Part shown: positions 61,001-64,000 of the stretch, piece after piece
Position numbering within the stretch: the stretch's first letter is position 1
Layout: every line of letters starts with the position of its first letter
Source of the DNA: Podarcis liolepis
Lineage: Eukaryota
Direction: 5' to 3' (one strand)
Length of the DNA: 64,000 nt
Assembly (NCBI GenBank): GCA_965112155.1
Contig: OZ218099.1
Translations under genes and position numbers: made by a program
The notes under the pieces: model-generated
Databases searched by the model: none
The model's input: only the letters and a program-made list of their open reading frames with translations
Told to the model about the DNA's origin: nothing

Positions 61001-63846
61001 CATGTAGTAATGTTTGCTTCTTTTTAATTCTGAGAGTAAAAATGGGGGAAAGGCAAACACAGATCTCAGTTCGGTTAAAAGACCCAGTGAGCAAACTGAT
61101 CACTGTAAAAATGGTAGATTCATCAATTGTGCTTATAAATTGCATTATGCTGATGCTGTTCATAACTGTATTTCTTCAGAATGTGGAATGAATGTGCACC
61201 ACAAATGTCAGAAGAAAGTGGCAAATCTCTGTGGAATCAATCAGAAATTATTGGCAGAAGCTTTAACTCAAGTTAGTCAGGTATGCTGCTTAGTCCTTTT
61301 CATCATATCATATTTTATGATCTAATAGTCAATACAAATGATAATTTTCAAGTGATAAATTCCGTATCATATGTATAACATTGACATCCAGTTTACCTTG
61401 TTAAGTGATGGGGATATTACCACCCCCTCGCTTACTTGGATTTCAGATGAAGTGCAGAATTGTGGTAAGATTTTCCTCAATATTTAGCAAGAGGTTCATA
61501 TGAACAGCTAAAGCCCTTACAAACGCCCCTTTGCAAATTGGCACTTGTGTAAATGTGCATCTGTGGTCACTCTGTGGCTGCATTTGGACATCTGGTGGAT
61601 CAGGGACAAACCCTGTGTTACACATTCAGTGGCGGAGCTTCATGCTCCGGCACCGGGGGTGGGGTAGAGAGCAGGTGGGGCATGGCTGGTGTGTGTCCCC
61701 GGGGCCGGGCGTGCCGCCTGCGGGGGGCGTAGCACCTAGTGCAGGCGGGGGCAGCTGCAATGGCACCACACTGGGATCGCGCTGCCAGGGGTGGTATGCT
61801 CCCCCTACCCCCCTTCCTCCACCAGTATACACATTATCTCCTGTTCCTCTTGCCTCAAACTTAGTAGAACATTTTCTGGTTTAATCAAGTCACAGTCTGC
61901 CATTTAATCCAAACCAACCAGTGGTGTAAGCAAATATTCCAGACTAGGGTTGCAAAGTAGGGAAATCACGCAGGCACAGAGCTGATTCACAATCCTCTAA
62001 ACCGATTTGGAAAACTGGAAACGTGACAACTGAACACAACCTCTGTCTCTAGAAATGCAAATTTATTGACATTCAAGTCAAATGTTCGAATGTTTTAAAT
62101 AAGAATCTGCAGTCCATTTCCAGTTTTCATAGTTGAAGATGGGGATGTGGGAGAAGCTTTTGGTGACAAGAGACACTGTTTCACAAACTGTCAGATTTAG
62201 CAGCTTGGTAACCATGAATTCCTAATGTGACAACTGCGTCTACAAGCATCATGCACAGAATACATAAGTTTGCCACTTTGCATGTAATTTGCATACACAA
62301 AAAGACTCTCGGTGTAAGAATTCATGTACACACTTGTGGCACATGCATGTTTCACATCATCAGGTGCCCATTCTCTGTATTTGTGTCCCCACAGTTTGCA
62401 GAAATGGTTTGCAGAAAATGGTCATGTGCAATCTATTCTGGTAAAATAAGACAACAAACCCAGTGGAAAATTAAAATCCTCCATTCTTCTTCTTCTACAC
62501 ATACTACTCATATTACATAAGAAAATGCCTTACATCATGCTAAACAATGTACTAATATTTAGCCTGGCTATTTTAGCGAAAAGCAATCATTTCTTAATTT
62601 AAGTATAAAGTAATTCTGAATAGTCATTGTTTCTTTTTAGAAATCTTCCAGAAAATCTGATTCTGGGTCAGTAGAAAGTGTTGGAATTTACCAAGATTTT
62701 GATAAAAAACCTAAATCCTTGAGTGGCGATACAACAGGTGAAAAACATTTTTTCTTTATTGTGTATGCATAATTCTAACAGTTAACACATTAATTTAAAA
62801 CTTGTCAATACCCATATAGTACAAACAATATTTTGTCACTTGGTTTGATGGTTTATTCTTAAAGTAATTATGCAAAGACATGGACAACAAGTAATGACTT
62901 ATGCACAACACTTTTCCTTCACATGTAACTACAGCATCCTACCTTGTAGCTGAGAGCCTAAATTCATAGACAAAGATTGTGGAGAGCTCTCAACTTAATT
63001 CAACTCTAATTCAATCTGACTATAACTTTTGTTGGTGGCGGAGAGTTTTTCAGAATCTCCTTGCCTATGAAATCACCTTTGGCTTAGTACCGAAAGGACC
63101 ACCAGCTTCCCACCTGAGACAACTGCCTCACCCGAGCCTCATGAGCAGGCTAGGAAAAGTGAACTGGCACAAGCGGATGTCATTTTTTGGCACCAGGCAA
63201 AAGTATTTGTTTTATTTGTAGATGCATTTCAGCATGTAGTGTAACATGGTTTGTTGTTATTAATGGCTTTAGCTTTTCTGCCAGATCCTTTCTTTATATT
63301 TTTTTTGTTTGTATACTTTTATTTTATGCCTTAAGGGTGGCATAACAATTATCTAAATAAAATCTTCTCCCTTCCATGCCCCTGTAAGCACTGTAGGCAG
63401 AAATATAACAGCTCCCCTAAACTTCAGTTATTAAAGCCTCTAGTTAAGAACCCAGTCAAGAACTGTGTGTATATAAGGCAGCTCTGATGTTTTGAATTTG
63501 TTTTGAATTCATGCCTGCATGGAATTTGAACTTATAATTCCATGCATACATGCACATGACAGCATACATTCCCTCTGTCCTTCACTTTAGTGACAGGAGC
63601 AGATTTATGGAATGGTCCGTGTGATACATCAACACTTCATAGTCATAGAATAGCATGCCATTTAGGGAGAAGAGAGAGAAGCTTCCTGGTCCTAATAGAA
63701 AAATTTGCATTTTGCTTTTTACAGATAATAGTGAGTATGATAAGCTTTGGGAGGGACGTTCACTGTCACGACCATCTGGTAGGAGGAAATTCAACATAGA
63801 CAGTTTTGTATTCCACAAAGTTCTTGGGAAAGGAAGCTTTGGAAAG
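45546..63846 (+). CDS. PRKCD: Protein kinase C delta, 5' partial multi-exon CDS (10 coding exons, 367 codons; continues beyond window)
   Basis: Ten GT-AG exons splice in frame (115+200+61+157+32+86+130+101+97+122=1101 nt). They give [15 protein letters not shown]...RRGAIKQAK (pseudosubstrate)...C1A/C1B...GIYQ...DTTD/N...VLGKGSFGK, matching vertebrate PKC-delta. Confidence 0.98.
45975..46347 (-). mobile_element. L2-clade LINE 3' end, same family as 6593
   Basis: Near-identical to 6670-6980; (AAT)n tail at 45975-46032. Confidence 0.8.
47012..47080. repeat. Compound (GTGTG)n(GCGT)n(ATGTGT)n microsatellite
   Basis: Direct reading. Confidence 0.9.
49443..49642 (+). CDS. PRKCD: PRKCD coding exon 2 (C2-like domain)
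   Basis: ccag/AG AGA GGC; [67 protein letters not shown]; donor gtgagt. Confidence 0.97.
50443..50503 (+). CDS. PRKCD: PRKCD coding exon 3
   Basis: ttag/ [20 protein letters not shown](D) /gtaag; 61 nt, phases match the neighbouring exons. Confidence 0.96.
50906..51080 (+). mobile_element. tRNA-derived SINE (Squam2-like)
   Basis: GGGGCCATAGCTTAGTGGTAGAGCA (A box) ... CCTGGAGAGCTGCTGCCAGTCA...TGAGCTAG body. Confidence 0.65.
57476..57632 (+). CDS. PRKCD: PRKCD coding exon 4 (pseudosubstrate, start of C1A)
   Basis: ccag/ [52 protein letters not shown](W) /gtgag. Confidence 0.97.
58504..58535 (+). CDS. PRKCD: PRKCD coding exon 5 (32-nt C1A exon)
   Basis: acag/ (W)[10 protein letters not shown](Q) /gtaag. 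Confidence 0.95.
59371..59456 (+). CDS. PRKCD: PRKCD coding exon 6
   Basis: gaag/ (Q)[28 protein letters not shown] /gtaag. Confidence 0.96.
60410..60539 (+). CDS. PRKCD: PRKCD coding exon 7 (C1B)
   Basis: tcag/ [43 protein letters not shown] /gtacag; the high-DAG-affinity Trp of novel-PKC C1B (LLWGL) is retained. Confidence 0.97.
60633..60820. mobile_element. Tigger/pogo-like MITE in the PRKCD intron after coding exon 7
   Basis: TA/CAGTAGCACCTTGG ... CCGGAGGTACCACTG/TA; CpG-rich interior. Confidence 0.8.
61180..61280 (+). CDS. PRKCD: PRKCD coding exon 8
   Basis: tcag/ (E)[33 protein letters not shown] /gtatg. Confidence 0.97.
61627..61827. mobile_element. hAT-like MITE in the PRKCD intron after coding exon 8
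   Basis: CAGTGGCGGAG ... CTCCACCAGTA; 8-bp TSD TACACATT (61619-61626, 61828-61835). Confidence 0.78.
62641..62737 (+). CDS. PRKCD: PRKCD coding exon 9 (V3 hinge)
   Basis: ttag/ [32 protein letters not shown](D) /gtgaa; GIYQ contains the Tyr311/313-equivalent. Confidence 0.95.
63725..63846 (+). CDS. PRKCD: PRKCD coding exon 10 (end of hinge, kinase Gly-rich loop)
   Basis: acag/ (D)[40 protein letters not shown] /gtagg. Confidence 0.96.
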
Positions 63847-64000
63847 GTAGGTAACTGGTAGGGCATGATTTTCTTTACATGTATAAACGACTGCCAAACT
63901 GCTGGTTGTATGTTGCTAGAATGCCTTATATGGTGTGGGGGAGAGAAAGTGATCCATGTGATTCTTCAGGCCACCAGCAAAGTGGGACCAGGGGGCTAAG

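Overview
Vertebrate (squamate, most likely lacertid lizard) genomic DNA. The call rests on Sauria SINEs, BovB/RTE, CR1 and L2 LINE fragments and squamate-type MITEs. The window holds the 5' half of PRKCD (protein kinase C delta) on the + strand. It has a CpG-island promoter at ~16.25-17.57 kb with several candidate non-coding first-exon donors, then a ~28 kb 5'-UTR intron. Ten coding exons follow (45546-63846, 1101 nt = 367 codons), encoding the C2-like domain, pseudosubstrate, C1A, C1B, the V3 hinge with the caspase-3 site, and the start of the kinase domain; the gene runs off the right edge. Nearly all other ORFs in the track are by-products of repeats or GC-rich DNA. The most unusual structure is a TA-flanked pogo/Tc2-type MITE family (TIR CCGTATTTTTCG), present here at 169, 841 and 1331 bp. 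Its shell is conserved, but in the two larger copies the interior has expanded into different CpG-rich tandem arrays of ~110-119 bp hairpin units. Other notable items: a hAT MITE carrying TTAGGG repeats, a hairpin module shared between hAT and pogo elements, a 152-bp foldback, a transposon-borne Ig-type heptamer-octamer motif, and an out-of-frame uORF overlapping the PRKCD start codon. Repeat family names are from recognition of sequence, not database searches.
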